This document shows positions 61,022-64,000 of a stretch of 64,000 bases of DNA, in pieces; position 1 is the stretch's first letter, and each line of letters starts with the position of its first letter. Source of the DNA: Octopus sinensis. Taxonomy: Eukaryota. The translations under genes and the position numbers were made by a program. The stretch lies in contig NC_042998.1 in assembly GCF_006345805.1 (NCBI RefSeq), positions 128,278,001-128,342,000 on the forward strand. Direction: 5' to 3'. The notes below the pieces were generated by a model. That model saw only the letters and a list, made by a program, of their open reading frames with translations, ran no database searches and was not told where the DNA came from.

Positions 61022-61475
61022 ATCCTTTCTTTATTGGCCACAAGGGCCGAACACAAAAACATAGGAACAATACAAAACAAGGGACAAATGGGGTTTAAAA
61101 CAAGAAATGTGTAAACAATAAAAAACAAAAACAGTTGACAAAAAAATCTAGCAACAAAATTCCCCAATAGTAAAAGAGGGAAGGGGGGAATCTTCAGCAG
61201 CCAGTAGGCCTGCGGGAGGGGTAGTTTTTTTTTTCTTCTTAACTCTTTCTTAACTTAAATCTTATATGATTAAACACCCACCGAACATATTTGGGGGCCG
61301 AATATAGCCCCGCGTGGGGGCCAAACAAACACGGAAACCAAGTGACAGGTCCTTGATGTTTCTATTAGCAACTTGGAAGAAACTGTAAACCGAAAAACGG
61401 CACCAAACGGGTGTAAACAAATATTTTCTAAAGGACTTGGAGCGTTCGACAACACGTCCGATGTGCTCCACAGCA

Positions 61476-61478
<3 letters not shown>
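61022..61478 (-). mobile_element. 3' fragment of a non-LTR retroelement (L1/Tx1-like, tentative) in (AAT)n
   Basis: Short ORF end (...YIRPPNMFGGCLII*), then a T-rich 3' UTR ending ggcccttgtggccaataagaaagg; AAT tracts on both flanks. Confidence 0.4.
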
Positions 61479-61537
<59 letters not shown>

Positions 61538-61538
61538 C

Positions 61539-61582
<44 letters not shown>

Positions 61583-61671
61583 GCCTTTCTAGTATAGGTA
61601 AAAAGCTTGAAATTTTGTGAGGCGTGATAGTGAGGCCAAGTTTATTACATCGACCCCAGTGCTCAACTGGT

Positions 61672-61963
61672 GGATCTTTTCTAAAAGATGGACAGAATTT
61701 CCTACTTAACTAAATAATTTGAAACTTCGTATACTGGTAGAATGTGTCAAAAGAAAACATTAATTTCAATTAGTTTTTTGGAGAAAAATGTATTTTCTAA
61801 CTTTTACGTACTTTAATTCTTCGAATTTTTACCAATCGTATTCTCTGTTTTGAGCTGAATTCCTTTTTTCTGCCGTGTTATTCATCCTTATCAGTCTTCT
61901 GTTTTCTGTCTTCAAAGGCTTGTTTATTTCAATGTCATCCCTGACTTACGGACCGATTACCTG

Positions 61964-61994
<31 letters not shown>

Positions 61995-62805
61995 TGTGTG
62001 TGTGTTATTGTTGTGTATGTGTGTGTGTTTTTGTTGTGTATGTGTGCGTGTGTGTGTGTGTCTTTTTGTTGTGTATGTGTGTGTGTGTGTGTGTTTTTGT
62101 TGTGTATGTGTGCGTGAGTTGTGTATCTCTTAAATCGATGAATTTCGTCGCCCAATAAAAATATTAACGATATTAAAGTTTTAAAAATATTGTTAATATT
62201 TTTATTGGGCGACGAAATTCATCGATTTAAGAGATACACAACACACGCACACATACACAGCAAAAAAACACACACACACACATACACAACAAAAAGACAC
62301 ACACACACACACATACACAACAAAAAGACACATGCACACACATACACAACAAAAACACACACACACATACACAACAAAAGACACACACACACACGCGCAC
62401 ACATACACAACAAACATACACACACACACATATACAACAATAACACACACACACACACAACAAACACACACACGCACACACATACACAACAATAACACAC
62501 ACACACACACACACAGGTAATCGGTCCGTAAGTCAGGGATGACATTGAAATAAACAAGCCTTTGAAGACAGAAAACAGAAGACTGATAAGGATGAATAAC
62601 ACGGCAGAAAAAAGGAATTCAGCTCAAAACAGAGAATACGATTGGTTAAAATTCGAAGAATTAAAGTACGTAAAAGTTAGAAAATACATTTTTCTCCAAA
62701 AAACTAATTGAAATTAATGTTTTCTTTTGACACATTCTACCAGTATACGAAGTTTCAAATTATTTAGTTAAGTAGGAAATTCTGTCCATCTTTTAGAAAA
62801 GATCC
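61672..62805. mobile_element. 1134-bp foldback DNA element with 8-bp TSD, inserted in a family-B SINE
   Basis: GGATCTTTTCTAAAAGATGG ... CCATCTTTTAGAAAAGATCC termini; TSD caactggt at 61664-61671 and 62806-62813. Inverted along its whole length around a ~10-nt centre near 62180. Host SINE halves at about 61585-61671 and 62806-62935 (-). Confidence 0.92.
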
Positions 62806-64000
62806 CAACTGGTTCATATTCTATCGACTCTGAAAGGACGAAAGGTAAATTTGATCTCAGCAGAATTTGAACTCGAAACATAAAGACGAACGAAATGCCG
62901 CACAGTATTTTGTCCGACGTGCTGACGATTCTGATAATAATAGATGTAAAAATATACACTTGTATAGAGAAAATGGCATGTGGCTGTAAAAACTATCGAA
63001 TAAAGAATGGATGCGATTTAATTGTAACATAAAACATTAAAAATGCAATTTGTGAAACAAAAATGCGAAGCATAAAATATGCTAAGTTCTTAAGAAATAA
63101 TTGTGCGATAAAAATGTTTGTTGGAAATTTCGCTTCTGTAGGGAAATGGTGCTGCTGCTGTTGTTGTTGTTTATGTAAATATACTGAATTTAAAAATGCG
63201 ATTTAATTCTACATAAAATATAACAACGGAAATTCATGAAAGGGAAGCAAGTATATTTAGAAGCATATTTTTTAAGTACGAAGAGTTTACTTGAGTTAAA
63301 AATAAAAAGAGATCATTTATATTGTGTGATTATATGTGCATATGTGTGTATATTTCTGTGTTCGTGCCTACGTTTCTCTTGCTAGTGTAAACCGATGTAT
63401 TGAGTTGCTTTCCTTCACGTCAATCCTCAACCATCTCTTTGTACTCGATTAAATTAATACTTCCAAAGATTTTCATTATGTTTTGACAAGATACAATATC
63501 AAATCATGAAAGGGAGATGTACAAGCGATTACGACTACACCAGCGTATTAGAGGAAAACTGATAAAAAAAGAGACAAAACTAAACTGTTTCATTTAATTC
63601 GATGCCGTTCTGTTCTTCCCAACGCAGTTTTTTAACTGTTTCCATTTGATTACTCATTTAGCTGTATGAATATAAAGTCTCTCTTGGTTTACTACGGAAT
63701 TTTGCATACCATTATATAACGTGTTGCCTGCTCACTCGTAGAAATAATATAAGAAACAAACTTTAAAATAACAGCGAGTCTTTATTTCTCTGCTAAATAA
63801 CACAGTGGACAAAATAAGCACATTATAGTTCATCCATCGATTAGATGATTAAACTCTGACCATCGATGTATTTTGTTATAACATGTATTTTGTTACATGT
63901 GTTTTGTTACAGCAGCAGGAAAATAACATGATTTGCCTGCCTGACAAATCTCTCACTGCTCTGTCATAGCTGTTTTGTTAACTTAATATATAAGACGAAG

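Noticed and set aside
61963-62514. Regularly spaced repeat units that look superficially CRISPR-like
   Set aside because: Eukaryotic context; the units are TG minisatellites with no unique spacers and no cas genes.
60219-64000. Next peroxidase exon (expected RGL...DL...NIQRGRDHG)
   Set aside because: No phase-0 acceptor followed by these motifs was found; the exon presumably lies beyond the window.

Overview
AT-rich, microsatellite-saturated animal DNA. The SINE families and repeat landscape point to an octopod cephalopod (Octopus sp.); this is an inference. The single host gene is a + strand secreted heme peroxidase of the peroxidase-cyclooxygenase superfamily (peroxinectin/chorion-peroxidase-like). 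I reconstructed it by hand as 9 phase-consistent GT-AG exons between 13516 and 60218 (about 536 codons). Its ATG exon was not found and its 3' exons lie beyond the window. The introns and flanks hold a CR1/L2-group LINE, many R4/Dong-like RLE retrotransposons sitting in (TAA)n tracts, at least four tRNA-derived SINE families, a tRNA-less retroposon, a decayed mariner, MITEs (mariner-, piggyBac- and hAT-type), a 1.13-kb foldback element and Penelope-like remnants. The most unusual signals are: (i) minimal type-I hammerhead ribozyme motifs, including a U3-A8 core variant present in both arms of a 536-bp palindrome; (ii) several long intronic hairpins; (iii) a pile-up of (TAA)n-associated retroelements that ends at a splice acceptor built from the microsatellite itself; (iv) a perfect 110-bp direct repeat around 1.8 kb of old DNA. 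All coordinates and mismatch counts were read by eye; no searches or folding programs were run.
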